A DNA stretch of 64,000 bases, taken from assembly GCA_028534125.1 (NCBI GenBank), contig CM052818.1, positions 8,992,001 to 9,056,000 of the forward strand, given 5' to 3'. Made by a program: the position numbers and the translations under genes. The notes beneath the pieces are model-generated. The model had not been told where the DNA came from, did not search any database, and saw only the letters and a list, made by a program, of their open reading frames with translations. Positions 50,979 through 64,000 of this stretch are shown piece by piece. Source of the stretch: Lama glama. Taxonomy: Eukaryota. Positions within the stretch are counted from its first letter, which is position 1. Every line of letters starts with the position of its first letter.

Positions 50979-52737
50979 CTATAATGACAGAAAAAGTAAT
51001 AAATTTGAATTCGGTAGATAACTAGAAAAAGCTTCTCAACTACAGATCATACTTTGAGTGATTTTTAATCACTGAATAAGCTTTCAAAAAGGGTCATCAA
51101 AAGACAGTAATGAGAATAAGCTCTTCATAAGTATAAAAATATTCCCTTTGAAAATATCAAATTTCAGAAGAGCTACTGTTAAAAATTCCATGTCACTCAA
51201 ATTCTCTATCAATAATGAGATTCTATAAATATGCAGTTCCATGGTGGGGAAATAATAAAATAACAAATAAAAATATATATATAAAAATAAAATAAGAGAA
51301 TAAAATTAATTAGTTCTCTGATAAAATCTTACATAATTTCACAGTGCCTTATAACCAGGCTTGGTTTGATATACTATAACTGTACAATGCCTTGTCCATA
51401 TGAAGTACTAAGTAAATTTTGTTAAATGAAGGTGTTATTTTAGTTTTGTAGCCCATTTTCAACCAAACAGCTCATATCCAATACTACTATTCTGAAACTG
51501 TATACTACTTTGTGCTTTTCCATACATTTTCAAATCTTAATTGCCATTGCTGTTCTGAGAACAGTAAACAGCTAAACTGAAGTGGGAAATCATCAAAGGG
51601 CTGGGGCAATGGAGCCTTGGATAGGACAGTGATAGCTGATGATCTGGTCCCAGAACAAACTTTCCCCTGCCTGCCCATGGGGGTTGGTATGAGCTCCAAA
51701 CCAAAATATCATAGTACCTCCTTTCTCTGGGGACAGTGATTGAGCCAAATGAATCTCTCAATTTAGAGCAGGGGTAGAAATGATCTTGCCTCTTCAGGTC
51801 ATGGTACCAGAACATAAGGCTGGGCGGTTACAGACAACCATTTTGATCTTTTGACAAAGGCCTGACTGCAATAAAATAGAATGAAACCAAGCAGAGATGA
51901 GAGTGGGTTCTAGTGGAGTGATATTCGTGTTCTGTAATCCCCAAAGCTAGGTTCCTGCAGACCTTCCTTCAATTCCTTATGTTATCTCAGCATCCTTTTC
52001 ACCTTCAGGCATCAAAAAATCCCATTTAGTATTCAAGATAGTTTAAGCTGTATTCTTATCATTTGGAAATAAGAATCCCACCTAAACTTGAGCAGAAGCA
52101 GTGAGAATGTAAAGGTAGGGTGTGTACAGGTGGAGTGTAGGCAGAGTGGGTGGACCTGGAGCTGAAATACAAACAAGCTAGCTGTCTCTCATTTCTCCGT
52201 TAATATAATAATTGTATGATAAATATTATAACATAGAATAAATATTTCACATTACAATTCAACAAATATTTACTGAATATCTGCCTATTTCCAGGTATCA
52301 GGACCCCAAATCTCTGGCAATGCCACTCAGTAGAAACACTAATTTGTATAATATACTATAAATAAAATTATCTCCATTGGCATTTTGATTCACAATATCG
52401 CCATCAACACAGGTGATTTTTATCATTCTTTTCCTCAAAGCATATCAAAAAATCCATTTTGATTTAACTTTATTTGTGATAGAGGTTATTTTGGTTGGGT
52501 TCCAGTTAATAATATCTTGAACTGGGGTCAATTCATCCAAATTTAGAATAATTAGAAATTACATGAGGCATTGATTTTGGTTCCAGTTCAAAGTCATGAA
52601 TTTTCATTTAATTCAAGAAATATTTGAGTAGTTACCATGGAACAGACATTAAAGGCCACCTCTATCTACTAGTAACCTAAGTTGGCAGCCTGGTATTCAC
52701 TTATCCTTGATTCTTCCCTCTTCTCCACAACTTGAAT

Positions 52738-52915
52738 TAGTGGTTCTCAACACTGGCTGTACACTAGAATCATGAGGTACAATTCTAAAATATGAGTGCC
52801 CAGAATCTACCCCCAAAATTCTGATTTCTACAAATTCTAGAGTGGGGCTCAGGCACTGGTATTGTTTAGAAGGTTCTCAAATGATTTTAATGGGCAACAA
52901 AGGCTAAGAACTAAT
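52738..52915. mobile_element. MER5-like hAT MITE
   Basis: tagtggttctcaacactggctgtacactagaatca...ggtattgtttagaaggttctcaaatgatttt...ggctaagaact. Confidence 0.7.
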
Positions 52916-53409
52916 GCTTCCAGCCTTTTTTTTTAATTAATTTTTATGGAAGTATAGTTGATCTACGATACTATATTATTTTCAGGTGTACAGCACAGTG
53001 ATTCAGCATTTTTGTAGCTTATACTCCATTGTAAGTTATTATATAATCTTTTAATCTTCAAATTCTACTGATTTTTATATCTGATTCTCTAATAATACGT
53101 CCCCTCTGTACTATCCCCACTACCTGATAGAGGCCCCATTATCTTACACCTGAACTAGGTTCCTCAGGTCTACCTCCTATACCACCACCAAAGTGATCTA
53201 TCTAAAATTTCAATAGGATTCTATCACTTCCCTGTTTAAGCTATCCAACAGCTAGCCACTACCTGCTGTAGTGGTTATTAGTCAAAATGTTGTGAAACAT
53301 TCTACTATGAGGTATATTACAAGTAGTGCTATTACTAGTAGTAGAAGTATTGAAATTTGTGAAGACTGATTTTCACATGTATAAAACAGAGGATTTTCAA
53401 GGCTATCTT

Positions 53410-54795
53410 TTTTTTTTTAACTGGTTTACTAAGAAAAAAGCCACCATCTGAGGTATTCTGTGGTTTTTAGCATATTCAGAGTTGTGCAAAAGCCACTGCA
53501 ATCGATTTCGACACAAAAAGAAACACCATGGCCAGAGTTAGCAGTTAATCTCCATTCCCTTGACCCCAGCCCCTGGCAACTATTAATCTACTTTCTTTTT
53601 CTATAGATAATGGATGTTTATATAAGTCAAATCATGCAATATTTGGCTTTTTGCGACCATCCTAAAATTAGCATTATGTTTTCAAGGTTCATCTGCATTG
53701 TTCATTCCTCTTTTGTTTGTTTGTTTTTCTGAATAAAATTCCATTGTAGAATATAGCACATTTTATGTATCCATTCATCAGTTAACAGGCTTTGAGTTGT
53801 TTCTACTCTTTGGCTATTACGAGTAACGGTGACATGAATGTGCACATAGAAGTTTTCTTATTACAGTTTCAATCCTCTTGCATATATACTTAGGAGTAGG
53901 AGTGCTGAATCATATGGGAACTCGATGTTGAACATTTTAAGGAACTGTTCAACTGTTTTCCCAAGTAGCCGTTCTATTTTACAATCCAGAAATGTTTAAG
54001 GGTTTCAATTTCTCTACATCCTCACCAACACTTGCTATTGTCTGCCTTTTTTATTTTAGCCATACTAGTGAAGGTGAAGCAGTATTTCATTGTGGTTTTG
54101 ATTGCATTTCCCTAATGATTCATGATGTTGGGCATCTTTGTATCTGCTTATATGCAACTTGCATATCTTCTTTAGATAAATGTCCATTCAAGTATTTGCT
54201 CAGTTTTTAATTGGGTTTTCTCATATTGTTGAGTTGTAAAAGTTCTTTATATGTTCTGGATGTTAGTCCCTTATCAGATGTATGATTTGCAAGCATTTTC
54301 TCTGATTCTGAGGGTTGTCTTTTAACATTCTTGATGGTGTCCTTTGAAACACAGAAATTTTTAATTTGGAAGAAATCCAATTTATCTATTTTTATATTTT
54401 GTTGCTTGTGCTTGCGGTGTCATCTAAAATACAGTGAATAAACCAAGGTTGTGAGAATTTACACCTATGTCTTTTCCCAAATGTTTTAGGGTTTTAGCTG
54501 TAACATTTAGGTGTTTAATCCATTTTAGTTAATTTTTGCATATTGTGTGAGGTAAAATTCTAATTTCATTCATTTGCATGTTGATGTCAAAGCACCACTT
54601 GTTGAAGAGACTAATGTTTTCCCCATTGAATTGTCTCGGCACCCTTGTCGAAAACTGACCCTAAGTATAAGGGTTTATTTCTAGACTTTCAATTTTGTTT
54701 CATTGATCTATATGTCTTTTCTGCCAGGAAAACACTGTCTTGATAATTGCAGCTTTTTGTAAATTTTGAAATTGGGAAATGTGACTCCCCAAGTT
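53410..54795 (-). mobile_element. Old L1 (L1MB-like) ORF2 C-terminus plus 3'UTR
   Basis: cagcccctggcaactattaatctactttc; catcctcaccaacacttgctattg; cattgtggttttgattgcatttccctaatg; gcaccacttgttgaagagact. Confidence 0.88.
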
Positions 54796-54964
54796 TATCT
54801 TTATATTAACAATTTTTTTCTTCATTTTAATTCTGTTTCCTTGAATGCAAGGGAAAAAAAGAAAATTACAAACAAGAGAACTCTGCATGGGAACATATCA
54901 TGTATGTATTACAATCCTTTAAGTGTGTCACAAAGGAATAAAAATTGAAAACTAATAAACTAGG

Positions 54965-55258
54965 GTAGTGGTTCTCAACAAGGTACTATTGCTCCCTCAA
55001 GGTACTTGAGAAATGTTTGGTCTCATAGCAACTAGAATGTTGTTGGCATCTAATGAGCAGGAGCCAGGGATGCCAGGCATCCTACAGTGCTCAAGAAAAT
55101 AGGGTTGGCAAATTTTCTGTAAAGATGTTACCATCTCTGTGACACATTCTTCTTTTTATTTGCCCAACTCTTTAAAAATGTAAAAACCATTCTTAGCTCA
55201 TGCGCTCTACAAAAATAGACAGTGTGGCCTGCAGGATGTAGTTTGCCAAACCCTCCCT
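54965..55258. mobile_element. hAT-Charlie MITE fragments (MER20B-like, then MER58-like)
   Basis: agtggttctcaac start; inverted termini agggttggcaaa ... tttgccaaaccct with internal gtaaaaaccattcttagctc. Confidence 0.6.
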
Positions 55259-55494
55259 GTTCAAGAGCATCCTACAGAATGAGCTGACACCGTCCCACAT
55301 GAATTGGTAATGTCCAATCTAACATTATGTGGAAAAACCTATTTATAATTACCTGGGTCTAGAAATTAATCTTTTTCTTTTTACATAAAAAAGTATTTTT
55401 GCACAGTTTTAATAAGCACTGAATTTGCCAGGAATGCAATATAGTTTGTCCTTGTATTTGGTGAGAACTTTCAACATGTGCAAAAAATCCTGTG

Positions 55495-56685
55495 AAGGGG
55501 ATGAAAAGACAAGCTACAAATCGGGAGAAAATATTTTAAGCCACATATCCAACAAAGGACCAGTATCTAGAAGAAGTAAAACTAATCTATGATAACAGAA
55601 ATCAAAAGAGTGGTTACCTGAGGCAGAGGTGGGGTTGAGTGGGAAGGGGAAGGAGGGAGCTCTCTGTGGTAATAATAGAAAGCTAAGGTGATGACAGAGG
55701 TGTGAATTATACAGGTAATACAGATTTCTCAAAACTCAGACTGAATATCTAAGTACTATCATATATAAATGATACTCAGTTTTTTTAAAAGCAAAAAATG
55801 AAAACAACTTCTTACAAAAAACATCACTTCTAAAAGTTACAAATTCAAATGAAATACTGAGATTTTGTAAAGTATATAACTGACAAAAGAGTAGTATGCA
55901 GAATTTACAAAGAACTCCTTCAAATAAAAGAATACCACCTAAGAACCTGACCAGAAATACAAGCAGACTACTCAGAGAAAAGGAACCCTAAATAATCAAT
56001 CAATCAATAAAAATATGCTCAACCTAACTAGTAATAAAGAAAATGTAAACTAATACCATTTCCCCTCCATTAAACTGCCAAAAGTAAAATGTCTCACAAT
56101 ACTGAATATTGTTTCTTCACTTCCTCACCAACAATTCTTACACACTGTCGTGAGAACATAACATTTTTGAAGAGTAGTCTTGCATTCTCTACCAAAATTT
56201 AAGATTTACGTATTCTAGACCTATGTATTCTACTCATTTCCGCAATGGAAAAGCCTTAGAGGAACTCTTATAACCATGCACTCAGAGTCCTAAACAGGAA
56301 TGGTTATTGCAACAATGCTGGTAGCAGTAATAAATAAGAATCAACCCTAATGTTCAGAACTTTAACCAAAAAAATGGTTAGTGACATTCAAACAATGAAC
56401 TAATACACAATAAATTAAGTAGTTATATCTATTAACATGGATAAAGCACAATCATAATGCTGAACAACAATAACAAAAAATGCAACTGCACACAAATATA
56501 TAAAGTATGATACAATTTATATGAAATTTTGTAAGATGAAAAATACTATAAATTTAAAATTTATATGTAGTAAAAATGTAAACTTCTGCATGAGATTGAT
56601 AAACACATGATGCAGTCTAGTGGTTATTTCAATGAGCATGAAATCTGAGAGGTATATAGAGGGCTCTAGTAGTATCTGTAATTTT
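55495..56685 (+). mobile_element. Degraded old L1 fragments (L1ME-like)
   Basis: atgaaaagacaagctacaaatcgggagaaaatatttt; aactgacaaaaga...gaactccttcaaat; tgctcaacctaactagtaataaagaaaatg. Confidence 0.65.
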
Positions 56686-56689
56686 TTAA

Positions 56690-57300
56690 TGTTTTTAATA
56701 AAACTTTAATTTTGGAATAGATTTATAGAAAACTTGTGAAGCTAGTACAAAGTTTCAATATACCACACACTCAATTTTCCAGGCTATAAACATCTTACAT
56801 TAGTATGGTCACACCTGTAACAATTAATGAACCAATAGTGATACATTATTAACCACAGTCTAGACTTTATTCATGTTTCCTTAGTTTTTACCTAATGTCC
56901 TTTTTATGTTCCAGGATCCCATCCAAGTTACATTACATTTAGTCATCATGTCTCCTTAAGCTTCCCTCAGCTAAGATAGTTTGTCAAACTTTTCTTGTTT
57001 TTGATAACCTTGACAGTTTTGAGGAGTACTGGTCAGGTATTTTGTAGAATGTCCCTCAGTTTGGATCTGCCTCCTGTTTTTCTCATAGTTAGACTAGGGT
57101 TGAGGGGTTTGGAAGAAAGGTTAGAGGTAAACTGTCATTCTCATCATACCATATCAAGGGTATATGCTATCAACATGGCTTACCACTGTAAATAAAACCT
57201 AGCTCAAGTAGTGTTTGTCAGGTTTCTTCATTGTAAAATAACTTTTCCCCCCTTTATTATAATCAACTCTTTGGTAGGAAGTCACTGTGCCATCAATCTC
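56690..57300 (-). mobile_element. L1MC/L1MD-like 3' end
   Basis: aattaatgaaccaatagtgatacattattaac; ttccaggatcccatccaag; gacagttttgaggagtactggtcaggtattttgtagaatgtccc. Confidence 0.8.
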
Positions 57301-58244
57301 ACTCTGCTTAGAAATAACTGTCTTTTTCCAGTTATATTATATGTGGGTTTTTTAATATTGTAAAAAACATATGTATTGCAGGAATATGCCAAAGCAGTAG
57401 TTTGAATGGATAGCTATTTTTCCAGTGACTAAGTTATGTCCAAGAAGAAAGAACGATTAGGAATTAACCAAGATAATGCATGATTATATAAATATTTGCT
57501 TCTCCAACCCCTTAATGGGAACAGTAATTAAGAATCTCAAAAGTTATGCAATCCCCCAACTTTCATTAAGTAAGTGAACTGGAACACATTGTGTAGATTT
57601 AAATTCATCATCATTTCTGAAGAAAACAGACTGATAAGCATAGGAGGCCAACCAAGAACTAACAATAGTTTGATCCCGATAGAAACTACTCATGGTAACA
57701 AAAACAAACCTTTCCTGGTCAACAGCTCTGTTAAGGTTCCAAGAATTTGCTATGCCATAATGGGTAGATGTTACTTTAGCTAAGTCTATAAACTACAGAA
57801 TGCTACCAGTTGTCAGCACAAAGAAATAACTCCTTGAGAAAGTAAAAGCAATTTGCCTCTAGTAACTATTAATACTAGCTTGTTAGTAAAGGGTCATACC
57901 AAGAGAATGTGTTTTCTCCTGATTTATTTCATGAGAATATTTTGTCAGAAATATGTATTTACACAAGGATCAAATACCAAGTCAAAAGAAATTAGCTGCA
58001 TTCCTACGGACTCTTAGAGCTATAAAGCAAGTGAAATTGTCCAAAAAATGGTTTAGGTAAATCAGTGTTTTCTAACCCTCTTAAAAGTCTTCTTGTTTTA
58101 AAAAAACTAAATACTTCCCTTGAAATTGTTTATGCTATTATTTTAAGTAGAACACAGTCTTAAAAGTAAGTAGAAATAGTCCAAGAGAAAAGCAATTCAG
58201 TTTTGTCTTTTATTTACCTTCAGTAAAATAGTGAAGTCTGATTT

Positions 58245-58286
58245 TTTTTTATTGATTTATAATCATTTTACAATGTGTCAAATTCC
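58245..58286 (-). mobile_element. 42-bp L1 3'-terminal insertion
   Basis: The reverse complement reads ggaatttgacacattgtaaaatgattataaatcaataaaaaa; perfect 16-bp TSD tagtgaagtctgattt at 58229-58244 and 58287-58302. Confidence 0.88.
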
Positions 58287-61200
58287 TAGTGAAGTCTGAT
58301 TTACTGTACTTATAGTTAGTTAGAAAATGGTTTTGCTGTTTGAAACTCTTAGGGCTTCAGTTTCCCTAAAACTAAATGAAGGGGATTTGCTAAATGATCT
58401 CTATGTACTCCTACCCCTAGTATTAACATTCCATGTTGCTGTATCTATAGATTGAACTACATAAAATTGCCAGTATTCAACTGCTTGTGACTTACAAAAG
58501 TGATAATTTGAAATGGTTCGACCTTGCTAAATCTCCTAGGCTTTATTCCCTTCTGTAAACTATCTTTGGCATCACTTAGCTTTTGTATTCTCAAAGTTGA
58601 GGCACTGAATGACACTCAATTGACATTTAGGATTGAAAGTACTTTATTAGAAAATGTCTAAGGCCTATTTTATCCCTGATGAAAAAGATGATAATTTGAC
58701 ATGGAAACTCTCCTATGTTATTATTTCACAATTCAGTTTTGAATTTTTGCAGGATTTGTGCTAGCCCATTCAGTTTCATGACATCACTTGTTATCACTGT
58801 ATAATCAATATCATTGAATTTCAACCACCTTCCTATCAGGCCCTGTCCTAAGTTCTCAAAAAAAGATGAATAACATACAAACATGTCTTTGAAGAGCATA
58901 CAACCTGGTGTGTAACCAAAAGCACAATGCAGCATCCTTGGCTTTTCTCATTTGTCAGAAAATCGACAGCAGTATTACCCAAAGTGCAGTCTGCAGAACA
59001 GTGCTAGTTCACAAACTTCATTACATGTCCACCCTGAGGTGACTGTAGAAACTTGAGAGTAAACATTCAGAAATTTTTGTGCCAATATGATGGTATTTTA
59101 TGTCAAATATTCTAACAATAAAATAATTGAAGCTTACGTTTTTATATATTTTTGGCACGGGATTAAAAGTTCTAAAAATAATACACACACATATACACAT
59201 ACACTACAAAACTGGTCCTCAACAGACATCATTTAAGAAACACTGGTGTGGAGGATTCTACTGTTTTTGCAATTTAGGTCAGCTGCATTTTAAAGTAAAA
59301 ACACTCAACTCATATCAGGCTTCATCAATTAATAGCTAATGGCCACATTTACTATAATAAAAATCCTGGCTACATTTAAACAGAGGCAAAAAGGGATTAC
59401 CAAGAAGAAAATAAAGTGCTGGCCATGGATAAGTTGGAGAGATTAAAGTCAAAGCTAAAAATAAGAAAAGAAAAAAAAATGCTAGTACTTTTATACTGGG
59501 GAGAAAGGAAAATATTTCAAGTTGACAGAGAATTTTATAAATCACTGTTGTCTATGCCTGGCTCTTCTTATAGGAAAAAAAATAGCTATAATCAGTTAGA
59601 ATTCCTCAACTTACACAATTCAGCAAATGAAAATTAGAAGAAACTCCAGCAAAAAGAAGATCTATGGAGTGGATAGGAGAATTCATTCCTCACACATCTG
59701 TGTAATTGGTCCTGTTTCTTGCCATTTGTGATACAGTAATAAAGTCTGTTTATCTGATGCCTCCAAATCCAGGAATTACCAGAGACTTGGTGCACAAAAT
59801 CCAGCCATGTTTCATTTGGCACAGGAAAGCACAGAAGTGCAATCAAGTCATATTTCAAAAAAATCATATTTCAAAGGCAAATTCATATTTCCCATTATTA
59901 GATTTAACACACAGCTGACCAGTGCATCTACTGGGTATTACTGCATCTTCTGCATGCTAATTTAACAAATTTACACATTAAAAAAGAAAATACTTTGGTT
60001 TCATAAGACAAAAATTTGGCCAGTGATGGACTCCCCTAGAGCACCTCCAGATACATTCCAAAGTTCAGTGATTTTTTGTGCAACTACTACGTAACAGTCA
60101 CTGTGCAAGGAATTGTCCAGTTTCCTGGCTGCCCTAAAATCCAATCAAGGGCAGACAGTTGAACAGCTAACCAAGCCCAAAATCTGGTGATAGAGAGCTA
60201 GGTGGGAGTGAGAAAATACAAAAGTACACACTATATTCAAGTGAGTGATTAAACTGGTTATTATACCCATATCATCTCACAGAACACCCATGCATGACAG
60301 CCTTGGGCAATTGGGAAGTCTTTAGTATCCAGTAATTGGTCACTGTGCGCATACGAATTTGAATCACGTGTTCCAGGAGGTATGCTTGCTTAGCTAGTAA
60401 GTAAACCTACTCAACTTCCCACCAACATTTTCAGGGCAGCTTTATGGAACTTGTTTCCTTAATGAAATCAAACCATGATACTTCAATAAAGGCAAATACT
60501 TATATCCCCCTTTATATGTCAAAAATTCTTAGAAAAGTTTTTTTAAGGCGAAAAAAATAACAAAATATTGAGGGGAAAAAAGGCAATGGAGTCTCCATGT
60601 GAGAAGGGTAGCTGAACTTTGAGGCTGCAACTCCTGTCCCTGAGATTTATCTTGCCCTTAAAGATAACTCAGCCTCTTGCAGCAGCCATATTTTTTTTAC
60701 CATTAGTAACTCCTCTGGTGTATTTTTAAACATCTATCCCTACTCAGATTACACTTGGCTTTTCAAGTTCTTCCTTGGATACGTATACAATTTCATTCTT
60801 TAGTCTGAGTTGGTCAACTGATCAACAAATATGTATTAAGTGTTCAAAGCTTAACACCATGGTGAAATACCTGCTCACACAATGTTTACAGTCTCATAGG
60901 AGACTACAGATCACATCCATGATTTTCTCTATTCAAGTAGTTTCGGATCTGGTTTTTGAAAGAGTCCCACTTGTCAGTTAGCCTCGCATACAAATCACAT
61001 GACTTATCCAGATAGTCTTCTCTATTAAATATGTAATTTATCAGAAATTATCAGCTTGAAATTACAGAAATTAAAGAAAATATATTTCAGAACATTTTTA
61101 CATGAAATTTTATTTCCATGTTTATGCTTCCATATTAACAAAAACTTGATCACAGTAATTTCAGAATTTTTAATTACATTCATGTACAGCAAAATAAATA

Positions 61201-61744
61201 CACCTGCTGTTTTGAATATTCACAAAAACTTCTTTTAGATATCAAATACTCTTAAGTCAACTAGCTGAAAAAATAAAATTCAGGCAATAGTAAGTACAGA
61301 AGAACTACTCAATCTCTCAATTCCTTATCACAAACATAAAAATGAAAAATACAAGGAAGAAGATAAGAGAAAGAATAGAAAATAGTAAGAAACGAGTGTT
61401 AGGACTTCTGGGTGTTAGATTTCTCTGATACAGCTCAGAGGCAAGCAATTCCCACTGCAGAACTCCAGAGAGACAAAAAAATGGAAAGTACTAGGTACTT
61501 TAGAGTGAAAGTGGAGTTGGAAACTGGAGAACTGGCTGAAAATCCACTTACTTAACCCAACTACTACCCCATCACTGCCCTCGATGAAAGACTGGGTTTC
61601 CACCCTACAGAGTAAACTAGAAGGACTCTAGGCAACTCAAGGCAAGAGACTTATTCTGAAAGCTGGGAGATGAAGTTTAACTCTACTTAAGGATTGATGG
61701 GCTACCCAGTCCCTTCCCACCAGTGACCCTGCAATGCAATTATG

Positions 61745-62230
61745 GCATGAACTATCCCGAGTTGGGCCAATTTTCATACGTTAAGGGCAAAATCCTTCAC
61801 AAAGAGGATACCACTTCAGACACCAGCCATGGAGCTGGGGGATTCCAAGCCACCCATACTTCTGACCAACTGGCTATAAATTTGGGGATTCCAAGCACCT
61901 GCTTAAGCTAAATAATTCAGTAAAACAAGTCATAGAACTCAGAAAAGCACCATAGTTATAATTACAGTATTATTATAGCAAAAAAGTACATAAATCAGGA
62001 CCAGCCAAAATAAAAGATGCATAGGGCAAGGTCTTGAGCGGGAATGCAAAGTTTCCATGTCACCTCACCACAGAGTCAGGATGCATCACTCTCCTGGCAC
62101 ATCAATGCATAACGATACATGCAGATTACTGTTTGCCAGGAAAACTCATCAGAGATAAAAATTCCTGTTTTTATTGGGGTTTCATTACATTGGCACGATT
62201 ATTTGTTTTTTGGCAATTGAGTTCAGTTAG
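61745..62230 (-). mobile_element. MER21-like ERVL LTR (partial)
   Basis: cacttcagacaccagcc...cttctgaccaactggctataaatttggggattcc...agaactcagaaaagcac, the reverse of phrases seen in 6405-7169. Confidence 0.7.
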
Positions 62231-62816
62231 AGCCACCTCAGGCCACAGCTGCATAACAAATGTCCCTAGGCTTTCTGGCTAAGATGGTTTAGATAACAGA
62301 ATTGCTTTAAATTACTTACCGGCTGAACAAAGAGGAGTCTGTGCCAAAGCATTTAGTTCCCGCTGTACATGAAGCAAAACCTCTCATATTGTAGCAAATA
62401 TAAGAAATTGTTTTAACAAACAATTCACTTGGGACATTCTTTGATTTTTTTTTTTTTTGATACCAACTAGTTTGGTTCATGGGGGCCATGACTAAGGAAC
62501 ATACTCTAGTCTCTTGGTATTATCCTCCTGATAGTCATTATCATATAATCTCCCTGGTGCACTATTCTCTCAAGGGTCTTAAATATGTGTTCATACCCAT
62601 CAACAGTACATCAGACGGTCTCACTGCACTTAGAGAAACAGAAACAGAATGAACAATGAGATAAACAGCAAAAACAATTCTTCCACAGACCTGACATGAT
62701 GACCTACAACTTTCACAAAAAAAGAACAACTTAACTCTGGTAGTGACCATGAATGTGCTAATATCAAATTTTTGATTAATCTCTCATGTATGAGAGGATG
62801 ACCAAAAGAGAAGAAC

Positions 62817-63195
62817 TGTTAAATTAATTAAACAAGGAGGCCTTTAGTCTGAGGTGGCTCTAATACCTCAGGTAGCCTATGTAAGCAAACCCAAATCTAA
62901 GCCTGAAACGCCTCAAGGTTAACATATCAAAACTTAAGGACAACCAATCACAAAGAGCCAACTAAGCTTTCCCAAATAAGGCAACTGCTTAAGCTACAGC
63001 CAATCATCAGCATCATCATAATCATCAAATAATTTCCTTGCTTTGCTTCCATCTCTTCTCTATGAAAGTTTTTTCCCTAGCTCCCATCAGCGGTGAACTC
63101 CTAACTACTTCTGATTTGGCATTGCCCAACTGGAATCAATTTTTGTTCAATTAAACTCTTAAAATTTTTAATATGCCTCACTTTATCTTTTAACA
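62817..63195 (+). mobile_element. ERV1-class solo LTR
   Basis: Inverted termini tgttaaa...tttaaca, two CCAAT boxes, tttcccaaataaggca, and polyA-signal variant attaaactc. Confidence 0.8.
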
Positions 63196-63634
63196 GTCAT
63201 TACTCAGGCTTTGTGTGTGTGTTGGGGGGGGTGCATTTATGACCTTTCTGTGAAATAGAAAGCAGGGTACCTTCACTGCTCCAAAAGGCTTCTTTTAAAA
63301 AGTCAGGATAGAAATAAGTGTTCTGTACAAGCACAAGCCATTAAGAGAAAAAAGGTTCACATTTTAGATGTCTCCAGTTTCACTGCAATAAAACAATACT
63401 TCGTAAAGTAGCCAGAAAAGCTGCATCGACTAACGAAACTATCTGAGGCTGCTCTCTCAACAGCAAACAACTAGTGGCCGGCATTTGTTTGCTCTGATTT
63501 TTCAAATAAAGCAGTTGAAAACACAATATAGATGTGCATTTTGCCCTTGTTTCCATCTTTAATTTTTATGAAATATTTGATGTCAGATTAAAAGACTCAG
63601 CCTAAGAGTACCTCAGAATGAGCACACAGGATTT

Positions 63635-63825
63635 CAGATTAGAAAGATCTCCTCCCTAGATGCAAAATCCTACACAAGTTGCCAAACTTCTCTGAGCCTC
63701 CATTTCTTCTGTTTTCAAATGGAACTAGTAATACTAATCTCAAACGACACTGACAAGATTTAAATGAGATAATATATGAAAGCATGAAATGGTATCAAAC
63801 ACATGGTAGGCACTCAAGAAACATT
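63635..63825 (+). mobile_element. MIR SINE
   Basis: cttctctgagcctccatttc...aaatgga...gatttaaatgagataatatatgaaagc...acatggtaggcactcaagaaac. Confidence 0.8.
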
Positions 63826-64000
63826 TTTCTTTTTTTCTTCCTTCTCTCATTTAGGATTTTTTCATGAGTAGTTGCCTGCTTTACTAAGGGCAGATAATTC
63901 TTTAGAAATCTTTATTTACAACTCTTAAGAAAAATGAAAAAAAGAACATAGTTATTTGGGTTTGTTAGAGAATGGGTTTAACAATAAACTCAAAATCCTA

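Noticed and set aside
50979..64000. Imprinted Zrsr1 (U2af1-rs1) retrogene known from mouse Commd1 intron 1
   Set aside because: No such ORF or CpG island is visible. That insertion is rodent-specific, and only part of the intron is in the window.
1..64000. Prokaryotic-type systems (CRISPR arrays, operons) and the remaining short ORFs in the track
   Set aside because: The DNA is mammalian intron with no regularly spaced repeats. The other ORFs are 60-137 aa, mostly overlap repeats or low-complexity sequence, and match no protein I recognise.

Overview
AT-rich, CpG-poor mammalian intronic DNA. Six copies of a tRNA-Ala-derived SINE of the Vic-1 type point to a camelid (camel, alpaca, llama or vicuna). 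The only recognisable host coding sequence is a 282-bp phase-0/0 exon on the minus strand (50697-50978), which is exon 2 of COMMD1 (MURR1). Positions 1-50696 are therefore probably intron 2 and 50979-64000 probably intron 1; no other exon is visible to confirm the boundaries. The rest is mostly interspersed repeats: L1 of several ages, L2, MIR, ERVL/MaLR/ERV1 solo LTRs, Tigger3 and MER5/20/58. The most unusual structures are: (i) a ~2.5-kb ORF1-only 'half-L1' (HAL1-like) retroelement whose 3' region is built from inverted ORF2 scraps plus a non-L1 tail with its own AATAAA; (ii) an unassigned long imperfect inverted repeat at ~12.4-13.35 kb; (iii) a closely spaced inverted SINE pair; (iv) several ultra-short L1 insertions with clean target-site duplications (TSDs); and (v) candidate cryptic COMMD1 exons. 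Repeat subfamily names come from recalled consensus sequences, not from a search, and are approximate.
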